Notes: generated by a model not told the origin, from the letters alone. A stretch of DNA of 64,000 nt from Candidatus Abzuiibacterium crystallinum (GCA_002787155.1 PCVY01000016.1:71884-135883), one strand, 5' to 3'; positions 8,130 to 18,143 are shown, counted from the stretch's first letter. Numbers and translations are program-made.

Positions 8130-9194
8130 ATGCAAATTCCCTTTATCCAAGCGCTATCGTCTAAACTGAGCCGAAAGGAACAGGGAGGCTTGTCGCAAAA
8201 TCAAGTGACGATAGGCTTAGATATCGGACGAGCGCATATCAATGCCATTCAGCTTCAAAAAGCGTCCGGTAGTATTATCATTGATAAATATGCGCATCAG
8301 CAGATCATTCCTAACGCACCGCCCTCCCAACAAATTGCACAGCTATTCACAAGTGCACAGATGCTGCAAAAGAATATCCGCATTTCAATGAAAGGGCAGG
8401 GGGTGATCCTGCGATTTATTAGTTTTCCCAAAATGACTCGTGAAGAGTTTGAAAGCGCAATTCAATATGAAGCTGAGAAATATTTACCTTTTGCCATGTC
8501 CGAAGTTGTGCTCGATTTCCATATTTGCGAGAGTCCTCAAGGACAAACCCCGCAAAAAAACATGGATGTGATTTTGGTAGCTGCACGCCGCCAAGAAGTG
8601 TTGAAGTTAGTAAAAACTTTTCAGGAAATCAATTTGCAGGTTGAAGCCATTGATGTGGATGCCATTGCTTTTTCTAATGCGTTTTTGCATGTGCATAAAG
8701 AAGCCAAAGAGAAAGTGTTTGTTTTGATCGACTTTGGCGCAAAAGACGTTAACGTTAATATCATAAACCACGGTATTCTTTGTTTTTCTCGAGACATCAC
8801 ATTTGGCGGATATGACATTACTCAGTTTCTTAAACGGAAACTTCAAATCGGCGATCAAGAGGCGCTTGCGATTCAATCAACGCCAAATTTGTCGCAATCG
8901 CCCCACGTTGACGTTTTGAAGCAAAGTTTTTCAACCCTCATTCAAGAAATTAAAATATCAATTAATTATTTTTATAATCAGCATGCCGATTTGGAAAAAC
9001 CGAGCGCCATCTACGTCAATGGCGGATTGGCCAGGATGGAGCTGTTAATTGAAACAATCGAAAAAGAAGTGGGCATACCCGTTAAACATTGGAATTCAGT
9101 TGAGCCCTTTGTGGTTGGACCCGAAGTGAAAAAAGATGAACTCGAAAAGCATCATTCTTATTTACCGGTCTGCATCGGTTTAGCGCTTAGGTGA
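8130..9194 (+). CDS. pilM: Type IV pilus assembly protein PilM (actin-like ATPase fold)
   Basis: 354 aa. GLDIGRAHINAIQL N-terminal actin-fold motif. Followed by pilNOPQ. Confidence 0.8.
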   Translation: MQIPFIQALSSKLSRKEQGGLSQNQVTIGLDIGRAHINAIQLQKASGSIIIDKYAHQQIIPNAPPSQQIAQLFTSAQMLQKNIRISMKGQGVILRFISFPKMTREEFESAIQYEAEKYLPFAMSEVVLDFHICESPQGQTPQKNMDVILVAARRQEVLKLVKTFQEINLQVEAIDVDAIAFSNAFLHVHKEAKEKVFVLIDFGAKDVNVNIINHGILCFSRDITFGGYDITQFLKRKLQIGDQEALAIQSTPNLSQSPHVDVLKQSFSTLIQEIKISINYFYNQHADLEKPSAIYVNGGLARMELLIETIEKEVGIPVKHWNSVEPFVVGPEVKKDELEKHHSYLPVCIGLALR

Positions 9195-9198
9195 GGCA

Positions 9199-9810
9199 AT
9201 GATTAAGGTCAATTTACTTCCAATTGAATTCAGGCAGGTAGAGGTTAAGCAAAGCCGTGTTAAACCGCAAACTGCGCTGCTTGCCATTTTTTTCTTACTA
9301 TTGGCGGTTGCCTTAATTCAACTCTTTTCGTATGTCACCGTTCAGCAAAAAGTTCATCGATTCGAATCGGAAATGGAAGTTTTGAAAGCCCCGAGTGCTA
9401 AATCCGATTCTTTAACAACTGCCATTAAATCAAAACTTGAACCGGAAATCGCATTCTTCCGCCGCCACGTCTTAGCCAATGTGCTGGTTGCGGAAATCTT
9501 AAATAGTGCAAGTGATTTACTGCCGGAAGGCATGTGGTTATCCGATATACGATTAAATCGCGGCGGGGAAGCCGTTGTTTTAGAGATGACCGGTTACGCA
9601 AAGTTGACAACCAAACAAATCGCAGTTGCTCAAATTCAGGAATATGTCAACAAATTAAAGGCGCAGCTTGAAACGATGTTAAATGAAGGTGTGTCGGATA
9701 ACAGAATGCAGGAAGTGAAAATTACATTAAGCACGAACTTGCGGGAAGTTTCTAGCTCCGAGGTGATGCAGTTTGCTGTGAATTTTCAATCACTCAGGAA
9801 GAGCGGCTGA
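9199..9810 (+). CDS. pilN: Type IV pilus assembly protein PilN
   Basis: MIKVNLLP N-terminus and a single transmembrane helix (PilN/GspL-like). Gene order pilM-N-O-P-Q. Confidence 0.7.
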   Translation: MIKVNLLPIEFRQVEVKQSRVKPQTALLAIFFLLLAVALIQLFSYVTVQQKVHRFESEMEVLKAPSAKSDSLTTAIKSKLEPEIAFFRRHVLANVLVAEILNSASDLLPEGMWLSDIRLNRGGEAVVLEMTGYAKLTTKQIAVAQIQEYVNKLKAQLETMLNEGVSDNRMQEVKITLSTNLREVSSSEVMQFAVNFQSLRKSG

Positions 9811-9811
9811 T

Positions 9812-10450
9812 ATGGCAACGCCACAGGGCAAAGGACAAAAGAAAGCGACGGCTAAAAAGACGCCCATCGAAGCGCTTAAACTGCTTTGGGAGAAAGACCG
9901 TAAACAAGTGATCCAATTGGGTATTATCGTGCTGGGAGTCCTCGTTCTTCTCAGCTGCATTGTGATTCCGCTTTTCTTTAAAAACAGCACCATTCATAAT
10001 CAGGTCAAACAATTAGAGCTCAATATTCGAACTTCAAAATCGAAACGGGACAGAATTCCCGAACTAGAGGAAAAACTAAAGCAGTATGAAACAGAAATTG
10101 GCAGCACGCGCAAACGGTTCTTTCAAATCCATGAACTTGATGAATTGCTGGGCGAAATATCAAAGTTAGCCAGCAAGGACGGCGTCACATTGGTGGGATC
10201 GCGGCCGCTTAGCGACTTACAAAAAAATTTTCCAGCACCTTATGATAAAAAATATTTCGCCGTCACCTATGAGTTAACACTCGCCGGCGGGTATCACCAA
10301 TTCGGAAGTCTTTTTAGCCGGCTTGAACAGCTGGACAAACTGTTACTCATTCGTGATCTTAACATCAAACAAAATAGCGCGAGATCATTGCAAAATTTGC
10401 AATGCGTTGTGCAAGTTGACGCATTTGTCCTCGCGCCGCAAGGTCTATGA
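9812..10450 (+). CDS. pilO: Type IV pilus assembly protein PilO
   Basis: Single N-terminal transmembrane helix, coiled-coil and periplasmic domain. Start abuts the pilN stop. Confidence 0.65.
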   Translation: MATPQGKGQKKATAKKTPIEALKLLWEKDRKQVIQLGIIVLGVLVLLSCIVIPLFFKNSTIHNQVKQLELNIRTSKSKRDRIPELEEKLKQYETEIGSTRKRFFQIHELDELLGEISKLASKDGVTLVGSRPLSDLQKNFPAPYDKKYFAVTYELTLAGGYHQFGSLFSRLEQLDKLLLIRDLNIKQNSARSLQNLQCVVQVDAFVLAPQGL

Positions 10451-10803
10451 TGAAGCGTCATTTAATAAGCTTTGTAATTGCCGCATTTTTTAGTACCGGC
10501 CTTTTTTCATTAGCATTTGCTGATGATTTTCGTTATGATAGTCACGGTAAACGGGATCCATTTATGGAGCCGTCGATGCGGACTGCGGTGGTAAAACAAG
10601 AAACGGGTTCGATAACAAATTTACGGCTAGAAGGTGTTGTGATTGATCCGGGCGGCCGCTCAGTTGCTATTGTTAATGGAGAAATGGTCGGAGCAGGTGA
10701 CCAGATCGGAAATCAAATCGTGGTTAAAAAAATCACCAATCATGGTGTTGAGTTTGAAAATAACGGAAAAGTCTTCACTATTCCATTAATAACCGAAGAA
10801 TAA
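10447..10803 (+). CDS. pilP: Type IV pilus assembly lipoprotein PilP-like
   Basis: 118 aa with a signal peptide and a beta-rich domain. 4-nt overlap with pilO. Immediately precedes the secretin. Confidence 0.5.
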   Translation: MMKRHLISFVIAAFFSTGLFSLAFADDFRYDSHGKRDPFMEPSMRTAVVKQETGSITNLRLEGVVIDPGGRSVAIVNGEMVGAGDQIGNQIVVKKITNHGVEFENNGKVFTIPLITEE

Positions 10804-10824
10804 CGACGCAAAGGAGTTGGACAA

Positions 10825-12540
10825 ATGAATCCCTTGCCCGCTCGAAGAAAAATAAGAAAAAAAAATTTGTTAGGCTATGTGTTGTTCATTGTCTTTTTGC
10901 TGTGGAACGCCGGGGCGTTTGCTGATCAAAACGACGGTGTGCCAACTGATAATTCAAATAGTTCAGACGCCCAAAACTTTGACGAAGCAGCCGATGAGGC
11001 AGTTGGTCAATTAAACCAAGACGCACCGACTGCCCTGGAAGAAAACCAACCTGAGGAGTTGGAAATGGCCGGCGATGAGGATGTGAGCACTGCTTCTATG
11101 GTGATGCCCGTTGAGGAGATGGAAGAAGAAATAAGCAGTGATGAAGAAGCCGTTCAGCTCGCCAGCCAGGACACGACTGCCCCGGGGAATGTGAGTCTTG
11201 ATTTTAAAGATGCTGACATCTTGAATGTTCTACGGGTGCTTAGCTTAAAAAGCAACGTGAATATTGTGGCCGGTCCTGAAGTAGAGGGGACAGTTACCAT
11301 TCGTTTGTCAGACGTTCCGTGGGAAAAAGCCATGGATGTTGTTTTGCGTACTTACGGATATGTTTACGAGCGGGAAGGAAATATCATTCGTGTCACGACC
11401 AAAGATAATTTATCAACAGAGGAATTAGTCACTGAAACTTACGTGTTGAATTACACCACATCACAAGAAGTCGAAGAGGCAATTCGCGATGTCTTATCAG
11501 AGCGCGGACGCGTCAAATCGGTACCGCGTGCAAATACCATTATCGTTTCTGATGTGCCCACCAACATGTATAAGATCAGTCAGGTAATAGCCGCGCTTGA
11601 TCAAATTACCCCGCAAGTCTATATCGATGCAAAGATTGTGCGAACCGAGTTAAATGAGAACGAAGATCTTGGCATCGGTTGGAATCTTCAAGGATCAATA
11701 ACGGGCGGATCGCGCGAGGTTACTTTTCCGTTTACTGCACCGGGCAACACAACGGATTTTAACCCCATCAATAATCTATTTAACGATTTTTTCGCAGGCA
11801 AGGCCCCCTTTAGTAACCTTGACAATGAAGCAGTCAATGTCACTGACTCAACGGCGACTGAGGCCGGATTTACCTTAGGAACGCTTAATTTTCAATCTCT
11901 GAGTGCGGCGTTGGCTTATCTGCGGTCGAAAACAAATACCAAGATTGTTTCGAATCCGCGCATTGTTGTTTTAAACAATCAAACAGCAAAAGTGCAAGTG
12001 GGCAATGAAATACCAATACCCACATTTGAACGAAATGAAACAACCGGCAGTTTTGTTATTTCCGGATTTACCTACCGTGATACCGGCGTTGTTTTGAATG
12101 TTACTCCCCACATTAATGCCGCACGTGAAATCTTGGTTGATTTAAAACCCGAAGTAAGCAGTCAGGCAGCAGATGTAAGTTTTGGAACAGGTGTTTTTCA
12201 AGCACCTTCGTTTAGCACAACGACCGCTGAAACTCAATTGCTCATCAAAGATGGTGAAACAATTGCAATCGGAGGTCTCATGCGTGATCTGGAAAAATAC
12301 GAGGAGGATTCGGTCCCCGGTTTGTCAAAGATTCCGTTAATTGGCCGCTTATTCAGGAACTCAACAAAGCCAGCGGGATCGGATGCAAATCAAAAGATCG
12401 AGACATTATTTTTCATCACCATTTCTATCGTAGATACAGCTGGACAGCGTACAATGGTGCAGCCAATGCGTCGGAATACCACCATTGTACCTGCGCAAAC
12501 AGCCGTAAATACAGTTGGAATTCAACAAAACCCAGTTTAA
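10825..12540 (+). CDS. pilQ: Type IV pilus secretin PilQ
   Basis: Signal peptide. Acidic low-complexity N-terminal region. C-terminal secretin domain (GETIAIGGL...VPGLSKIPLIGRLF). Confidence 0.85.
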   Translation: MNPLPARRKIRKKNLLGYVLFIVFLLWNAGAFADQNDGVPTDNSNSSDAQNFDEAADEAVGQLNQDAPTALEENQPEELEMAGDEDVSTASMVMPVEEMEEEISSDEEAVQLASQDTTAPGNVSLDFKDADILNVLRVLSLKSNVNIVAGPEVEGTVTIRLSDVPWEKAMDVVLRTYGYVYEREGNIIRVTTKDNLSTEELVTETYVLNYTTSQEVEEAIRDVLSERGRVKSVPRANTIIVSDVPTNMYKISQVIAALDQITPQVYIDAKIVRTELNENEDLGIGWNLQGSITGGSREVTFPFTAPGNTTDFNPINNLFNDFFAGKAPFSNLDNEAVNVTDSTATEAGFTLGTLNFQSLSAALAYLRSKTNTKIVSNPRIVVLNNQTAKVQVGNEIPIPTFERNETTGSFVISGFTYRDTGVVLNVTPHINAAREILVDLKPEVSSQAADVSFGTGVFQAPSFSTTTAETQLLIKDGETIAIGGLMRDLEKYEEDSVPGLSKIPLIGRLFRNSTKPAGSDANQKIETLFFITISIVDTAGQRTMVQPMRRNTTIVPAQTAVNTVGIQQNPV

Positions 12541-12714
12541 CAATTTCATTGTGGCTGAAAGTGAGTTTGAGCAAATTTATGGAAGACAATGTGATGTATA
12601 GTCAGCATGTTAACACTAAAGATCTTTGCCTATCGATTGGGCAAAGGATCGTTGTCTTGCTGCTCAGTTTTAAACAGCCCAATTCACAACTATTACAAAG
12701 AATGGTTAATTTAT

Positions 12715-14265
12715 ATGAAGAAAGAAATACTCATGTCGCTGGAAGCCAACGAAAAAAGAGTGGCGATCCTCGAAAATGGCAAATTAGAAGAATATTACAT
12801 CGAACGCGAAGAAACACAGCGCATGTTTGGCAATATCTACAAAGGTACTGTCAAATCAGTTGTCCCGGGTATCGGGGCAGCCTTTATTGATCTTGGACTC
12901 AAAAAAGACGGATTCTTATATGTTTCAGACGCCATCGGTTCTCCGTTAGAGACTGCGTTTGAAGAGTTTGATACAGAAGACGACGAAGAGGAAGAAAAGC
13001 AAGGGTCCAGAAAGAAGCCGCACCGCAAAAATCACCGCGACCACAGAAAAGACCTGCCTCGCATAGATTCTGTTCTAAGTGTCGGACAAGAAATCATTGT
13101 ACAGGTTGTCAAAGAGCCTATCCGCAACAAGGGGGCTAGGCTCACCACCCATTTTTCTATTCCAGCCCGTTACCTCGTTTTGATGCCGGGGGAGCGAAAA
13201 ATCGGTATTTCAAGACGTGTCGATGACCGAAAAGAAAGAGAACGAATCCGTAAAATTTTTGCTGAAATTGACATCCCCTCAGACGTTGGTTTTATTGTCA
13301 GGACAGCGGGGGAGGGTAAGAGTAAACGGGAGTTTATCCGCGATGTCAAATACCTCATCAAAACGTGGAATCGGATCAAAAATGACATTCAACGCAAGAA
13401 GGGTCCTTGCCAGATTCATGAAGAGTTGGATTTGGTTGAACGAATGATCCGCGACTATTTTACAGAGGACATGGATAAAATTGTTGTTGATCATTACAAC
13501 CTTTACACGCAAGTCAGACGGTTTTTCAAGTCCTACATGCCCGGCTATCGGGCGCATGTGGAATGGCATCGCGGTCCTGAACCTTTGTTTGAAAAATACC
13601 TGATTGAAAAAGAAATTGCCAAAACCTTCCAACGCAATGTCATGCTGAAATCACGCGGCCATATCGTCATTGAACAAACGGAGAGTTTGGTGGCCATTGA
13701 TATTAATACAGGGAAATTTACCGGCAAACGAGATTTGGAGGAGACTGTCTATCGCACCAATATCGAAGCAGCCCATGAGATTGCCAGGCAAATAAGGCTG
13801 AGGGATATGGGCGGCATTATCATCATCGATTTTATCGATATGGAACGTGAAGATCATCGCCGAAGTGTGTATCGAATTTTTCGGGATGCCATCCAGAAAA
13901 AAGATCGTGCCAAGACCAATATCCTTTCGATGTCAGATATTGGATTGGTAGAAATGACTCGGCAGCGTCTGAGGCCGTCACTTGAAAGCGCTTTGTATGA
14001 TTCCTGCCCTTACTGCCGCGGGAAAGGAATGGTCAAATCAGCCAACACCATGTCGATACAAAGCGTCAAGGAAATCAGGAAGTCGCTCAATTCGTCCAAA
14101 GGGAAAGTGTTAAACGTTTACGTGCATCCAGATGTGGCCGATCGATTGCTGCATCAAGAGCAGAAATCAATACAGGAATTAGAGCGAATGTCCAAGAGCC
14201 GAATTCTGGTCTTAGCAGATCCTGCGCTGCACATTGAAGATGTTAATATCACATTTATTCATTAA
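12715..14265 (+). CDS. rng: Ribonuclease G/E family (RNase G-like), S1 domain plus catalytic domain
   Basis: N-terminus MKKEILMSLEANEKRVAILENGKLEEYYIERE, S1 domain NIYKGTVKSVVPGIGAAFIDLG, and DNase I-like catalytic core. I chose ATG 12715 over the ORF-track start at 12607, which would add a non-conserved leader. The sequence contains a charged insertion (DTEDDEEEEKQGSRKKPHRKNHRDHRKD). Confidence 0.8.
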   Translation: MKKEILMSLEANEKRVAILENGKLEEYYIEREETQRMFGNIYKGTVKSVVPGIGAAFIDLGLKKDGFLYVSDAIGSPLETAFEEFDTEDDEEEEKQGSRKKPHRKNHRDHRKDLPRIDSVLSVGQEIIVQVVKEPIRNKGARLTTHFSIPARYLVLMPGERKIGISRRVDDRKERERIRKIFAEIDIPSDVGFIVRTAGEGKSKREFIRDVKYLIKTWNRIKNDIQRKKGPCQIHEELDLVERMIRDYFTEDMDKIVVDHYNLYTQVRRFFKSYMPGYRAHVEWHRGPEPLFEKYLIEKEIAKTFQRNVMLKSRGHIVIEQTESLVAIDINTGKFTGKRDLEETVYRTNIEAAHEIARQIRLRDMGGIIIIDFIDMEREDHRRSVYRIFRDAIQKKDRAKTNILSMSDIGLVEMTRQRLRPSLESALYDSCPYCRGKGMVKSANTMSIQSVKEIRKSLNSSKGKVLNVYVHPDVADRLLHQEQKSIQELERMSKSRILVLADPALHIEDVNITFIH

Positions 14266-14284
14266 ATGAGACAGGGAGGGGTAT

Positions 14285-14563
14285 ATGCGACGCAATCCAA
14301 CAGCGCTTATCATGGTAATCATGCTCATGCTGATTCTCGCCGCAATACCGCTTTTTGCTGAAAATGATTCATCGGAACGATCAAGAAAAGACGGCATCTC
14401 TGAATATGGTACGTTTGCGGTTGTGCAGAAGCCGATTGAAGGCGTTGGTCAGGCGATAGACTGGACCGTAAAAGGGATTGGAAAAGCTGGTTCATATGTA
14501 TTCACGCTGCCTTTTCGTCCTTTTATGAAAGAAAAAAATCAAACAGGAGAGACCCATGGCTAA
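14285..14563 (+). CDS. Small hypothetical exported/membrane protein
   Basis: 92 aa. N-terminal hydrophobic signal/anchor MRRNPTALIMVIMLMLILAAIPLFA. Strong RBS GGGAGGGG. Confidence 0.4.
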   Translation: MRRNPTALIMVIMLMLILAAIPLFAENDSSERSRKDGISEYGTFAVVQKPIEGVGQAIDWTVKGIGKAGSYVFTLPFRPFMKEKNQTGETHG

Positions 14564-14993
14564 GAAAAGAAAAACTCAAAAGAAAAAAACGAGTCAGGGT
14601 AAGAAAAAGAGAGCTAAGCCAACCAAGCGTAAAAAAACATCTAAGCAGCAAGCCAGATCAAACCTGAAACCCAAAAAAGGATTACTTAAGACGTTTGTCG
14701 GTAAATTATTGGGGAAGGGCAAAAAAGGAGATTTAGCGGCAAAAGGAAAATTGATAGGCGCGATCACGCATTATTTTCCACACGTACATGCCGGGGTTCT
14801 GATCCTTCGTTCAGGACAACTCAAGCGGGGTGACCGTATTTACATCAAGGGTCACACAACCGATTTTAAGCAAATTGTTGATTCACTTCAAATAGATCGT
14901 GTCAATATCGAGACCGCTAAGAAAGGTGATGAGATCGGCATCGCTGTTAAAAAAAGAGTGCGCGTCGGCGACGAAGTTTATTTGATTGGCTAG
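14556..14993 (+). CDS. Lysine-rich, histone H1-like small protein with a C-terminal beta-barrel (EF-Tu domain-2-like) domain
   Basis: About 60 N-terminal residues are extremely K/R-rich (MAKKRKTQKKKTSQGKKKRAKPTKRKKTSKQQ...). The C-terminus has a GxV...LKRGDRIYIKG...GDEIGIAVKK...VGDEVYL pattern. Confidence 0.5.
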   Translation: MAKKRKTQKKKTSQGKKKRAKPTKRKKTSKQQARSNLKPKKGLLKTFVGKLLGKGKKGDLAAKGKLIGAITHYFPHVHAGVLILRSGQLKRGDRIYIKGHTTDFKQIVDSLQIDRVNIETAKKGDEIGIAVKKRVRVGDEVYLIG

Positions 14994-15005
14994 TTTTGAG
15001 GATGT

Positions 15006-15323
15006 ATGGCACAACTTTTTGTCCGGGTCTGGAAAAATTTCGAAATCGAAGAAGTTAAAAAGCATCTCTTGTTCATGGGTGATTCGAGCGGTGATTGTGC
15101 TAATTGCCGAGCATTTGGGTTAGATCCCTGGTCCGCGAAAAGTTGTCCCGAATGTAAAACGACCTTTCAATTCTTTACCAGCCGTCGATTCCAAACCCAT
15201 CCGGGTGAACGTTTCTCCTTCGCCAAACGGGCGCATGATAAAAGACCTGAATTAATCTGCATTGATTACGAAGATTATATGAAAGCCATTGGCGATAAAA
15301 AGGCGCGTGATTTTTTTTCATGA
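15006..15323 (+). CDS. Small hypothetical zinc-ribbon protein
   Basis: 105 aa with CxxC...CxxC (CANCRAF...CPECK). Confidence 0.35.
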   Translation: MAQLFVRVWKNFEIEEVKKHLLFMGDSSGDCANCRAFGLDPWSAKSCPECKTTFQFFTSRRFQTHPGERFSFAKRAHDKRPELICIDYEDYMKAIGDKKARDFFS

Positions 15324-16534
15324 GTATCGATCTTGGCAATACACGGGAAAACTTCAAATCCCTCCAACCTGATATTGTCCATCTGACCTCGGTCGTATAT
15401 TTTTTTCAAGGATGCCTTGGCATTGTCGGTATTGCACTTCCATTATTTTTGCGAAATATGGGCTTTAGCGTTTCTAAAATTGCTTATTTTACCTCTATCA
15501 TGACAGTGCCCTGGCTTTTTAAGATTATTTACGGAAGCATATCGGATGCATATCCAATTAGAGGGAAAAGGAGAAAACCTTATTTATTGTTTTATGCCGT
15601 GGCAGCCAGTTTGGGATGGTTGTTATTATCCTGCGTTCCTGCAAAATGGTGGTGGCTCTTATTGGCTGCTTTGATTGCGCAATTGGGTTTTGCGGGAACC
15701 GATGTTGTTACCGATGGCATCGTTGTTGAGCATTCTGATGAGAAAACAACTCAGATATATCAGAGTATTGCATGGGGGGCGAGAAGTGTTGGCGCTTTAC
15801 TTACAGGGGTGATGGGCGGTTATCTGGCAGCGCACTTGCCTTATCGTGTTATTTTTGCCGTGATGGGCTGTTTGCCTTTGATCATATTAATAGCAGTCCT
15901 AAACTATCAAGAAAATGTGTGCAAAGATTTAGCAAGACGTGACGGGTTTCTATCCTCACTCGTCAAAAGTTTTAAATTACTGTTTACGATACGTGACTTA
16001 GGGTTGTTCTGCATCATTCTATTTATTTCAACTTTATCCGGGATGTTTGTTGTGCCTTTATTTTTTTATCTCAAGGAAACCTTGGGGTTTAGCGAGTTGT
16101 TTTTAGGTTCTCTATCGAGTATCACCTGGGGCGGTGCTATCGTCGGCTGTTTTCTTTACTTAAAGTTTTTAAATCACTTGCCGCTTAAAAAAGCACTTTA
16201 TCTTGCGTTTGGGATTGGCGTCGTGAGCATTATTTCTTGTTTGGCGATTCGCAGTCAACTCTCATCGATCATGATCTATTTCATGGGAGGTGTTCTTGGG
16301 TATATCGGCATATTACCGCTCATGTCAACCGCAGCCAAGCTTTCTCACAAGACCGGCGTTGAGGGATCGCTGTTTGCTATACTGATGAGCGTTCACAACA
16401 TTGGCGTTTCTTCATCAGGTATTTTAGGGGGATGGCTGTTTAAATGGGTTTCTATCGAACAGTTGATTTTAATGAGTGCTGCCATGACCTGCGCGGGATT
16501 TTTTGTTATTGCGCGATTAAAAACAGTTCAATAA
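15320..16534 (+). CDS. MFS transporter of the folate-biopterin transporter (BT1) family
   Basis: About 12 transmembrane helices. BT1 signature after TM2: FKIIYGSISDAYPIRGKRRKPYLLF. Confidence 0.55.
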   Translation: MSIDLGNTRENFKSLQPDIVHLTSVVYFFQGCLGIVGIALPLFLRNMGFSVSKIAYFTSIMTVPWLFKIIYGSISDAYPIRGKRRKPYLLFYAVAASLGWLLLSCVPAKWWWLLLAALIAQLGFAGTDVVTDGIVVEHSDEKTTQIYQSIAWGARSVGALLTGVMGGYLAAHLPYRVIFAVMGCLPLIILIAVLNYQENVCKDLARRDGFLSSLVKSFKLLFTIRDLGLFCIILFISTLSGMFVVPLFFYLKETLGFSELFLGSLSSITWGGAIVGCFLYLKFLNHLPLKKALYLAFGIGVVSIISCLAIRSQLSSIMIYFMGGVLGYIGILPLMSTAAKLSHKTGVEGSLFAILMSVHNIGVSSSGILGGWLFKWVSIEQLILMSAAMTCAGFFVIARLKTVQ

Positions 16535-16543
16535 AACGTCGTC

Positions 16544-16819
16544 ATGGCCAAAGCAAGGCTGCAAATTAAAATTTCAGGACGTGTGCAGGGCGTATTTTTC
16601 AGAAAGAGCGCTTGTGATGAGGCTGAAAGAATGGGTGTTTGTGGTTACGTTCGCAATTTAATAAATGGTGATGTTGAAATTGTGTGCGAAGGAGAAGAGG
16701 TAAGCCTGTCACAATTCCTTGGTTGGTGCCGGCAAGGCCCGCCGATGGCCCGCGTGACAAAAGTGGATACTAAGAAACTGCCGGCCACTGGCGAGTATAA
16801 ACATTTTTTTGTAGAATAA
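16544..16819 (+). CDS. acyP: Acylphosphatase
   Basis: 91 aa. VQGVFFR and GYVRNLINGDVE acylphosphatase motifs. Confidence 0.8.
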   Translation: MAKARLQIKISGRVQGVFFRKSACDEAERMGVCGYVRNLINGDVEIVCEGEEVSLSQFLGWCRQGPPMARVTKVDTKKLPATGEYKHFFVE

Positions 16820-16820
16820 A

Positions 16821-18143
16821 ATGGAAAATCTCAAAGCTGATGCTATTCAAATTGTGACGGACTTACAAAAAGCGGGCCATATTGCTTACTTTGCCGGCGG
16901 CTGTGTCCGCGACAAATTAATGGGTCTGACGCCCACCGATTATGATATCGCTACAACTGCAAAGCCTGAGGAAGTCGAGCGGTTATTTAAAAAAACAGTT
17001 TCGGTTGGCAAGCAGTTTGGCGTCACGATTGTTGTGCGTAATCAACATCATTTTGAAGTGGCAACCTTTCGCGAGGAAGGTGATTACCAAGACGGCAGGC
17101 ATCCCGGCCGCGTTTCATTCAGCCGTCCTGAAAAAGATGCGCTAAGAAGGGATTTTACGATCAACGGAATGTTTTTTGACCCCATTCAGGATAAAGTGAT
17201 CGATTATGTTGATGGTCAATTGGATATACAAAAAAAAGTTATTCGTACCATTGGCAATCCCCGAGACCGATTCAAAGAAGATAAACTACGCTTATTAAGA
17301 GCAGCCCGCTTTGCGGTTAATTTAGGGTTTTCGATTACACCGGAAACTAAAAAAGCCATTCAGGAGATGGCGAGTGATATTGGGTGTGTGAGTCAAGAGA
17401 GGATCCGCGATGAATTGATTAAGTTATTCACCCGGCCTCGGGCAGGGGACGGGCTTTATCTCTTATCCGAGTTAGGTCTTTTGAAGGTTATTTTACCTGA
17501 AATTGAAGCCATGAAGGGTGTTCAACAATCGCCCGAGTTTCACCCCGAAGGAGATGTTTTTGTTCATACGGCCATTATTCTCAATCAATTAAAAGATCCT
17601 TCTCCTATTTTAGCGTTTGGCGCGCTTTTGCATGATGTCGGCAAACCGGCGACACAGGCCGTGAAGGAGGGGAAAATCACTTTTTATTCCCATGAGCACG
17701 TGGGCGCTGAGATGGCAGAGAAGATTTTGCGTCGATTAAGGTTCTCAAATCATGAAATTGACGGTATTCTATCTTGCGTGGTGAATCACATGAAGTTTGC
17801 AGCGGTTCAGCAAATGCGGCTCGGAAAGCTTAAACAATTTGTAACACGCGAAGGGTTTGATGATGAACTTGAGTTCCATCGCATCGATTGCCTTTCCAGC
17901 CATGGGAAATTGGATAATTATCAGTTTTTAAAATTAAAGTTAAAAGAATTTGAAATTGAGAACCTTAAACCAAAAAGCTTGATTAATGGGCACGATTTGA
18001 AGAAAATAGGCATTGTGTCGGGCCCTTTGATGAAGACTATTTTAGATGAGGTTTATGTTCAACAGTTGGAAGGGAAATGGCAAAATAAAGAAGAGGTATT
18101 AGAATGGGTGCAGCGCACTTATCAGAAAAAGAGCCAAGGCTAG
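16821..18143 (+). CDS. cca: CCA tRNA nucleotidyltransferase / poly(A) polymerase family with HD domain
   Basis: GGCVRDKLMG...DYDIATTA head-domain motif. RxxRF motif. HD domain (HDVGK). Confidence 0.75.
   Translation: MENLKADAIQIVTDLQKAGHIAYFAGGCVRDKLMGLTPTDYDIATTAKPEEVERLFKKTVSVGKQFGVTIVVRNQHHFEVATFREEGDYQDGRHPGRVSFSRPEKDALRRDFTINGMFFDPIQDKVIDYVDGQLDIQKKVIRTIGNPRDRFKEDKLRLLRAARFAVNLGFSITPETKKAIQEMASDIGCVSQERIRDELIKLFTRPRAGDGLYLLSELGLLKVILPEIEAMKGVQQSPEFHPEGDVFVHTAIILNQLKDPSPILAFGALLHDVGKPATQAVKEGKITFYSHEHVGAEMAEKILRRLRFSNHEIDGILSCVVNHMKFAAVQQMRLGKLKQFVTREGFDDELEFHRIDCLSSHGKLDNYQFLKLKLKEFEIENLKPKSLINGHDLKKIGIVSGPLMKTILDEVYVQQLEGKWQNKEEVLEWVQRTYQKKSQG

Noticed and set aside
12549-12890. 113-aa + strand ORF overlapping the 5' end of the RNase G gene in another frame
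   Set aside because: No recognisable motif. It overlaps the conserved rng N-terminus in another frame and is most likely a frame artefact.
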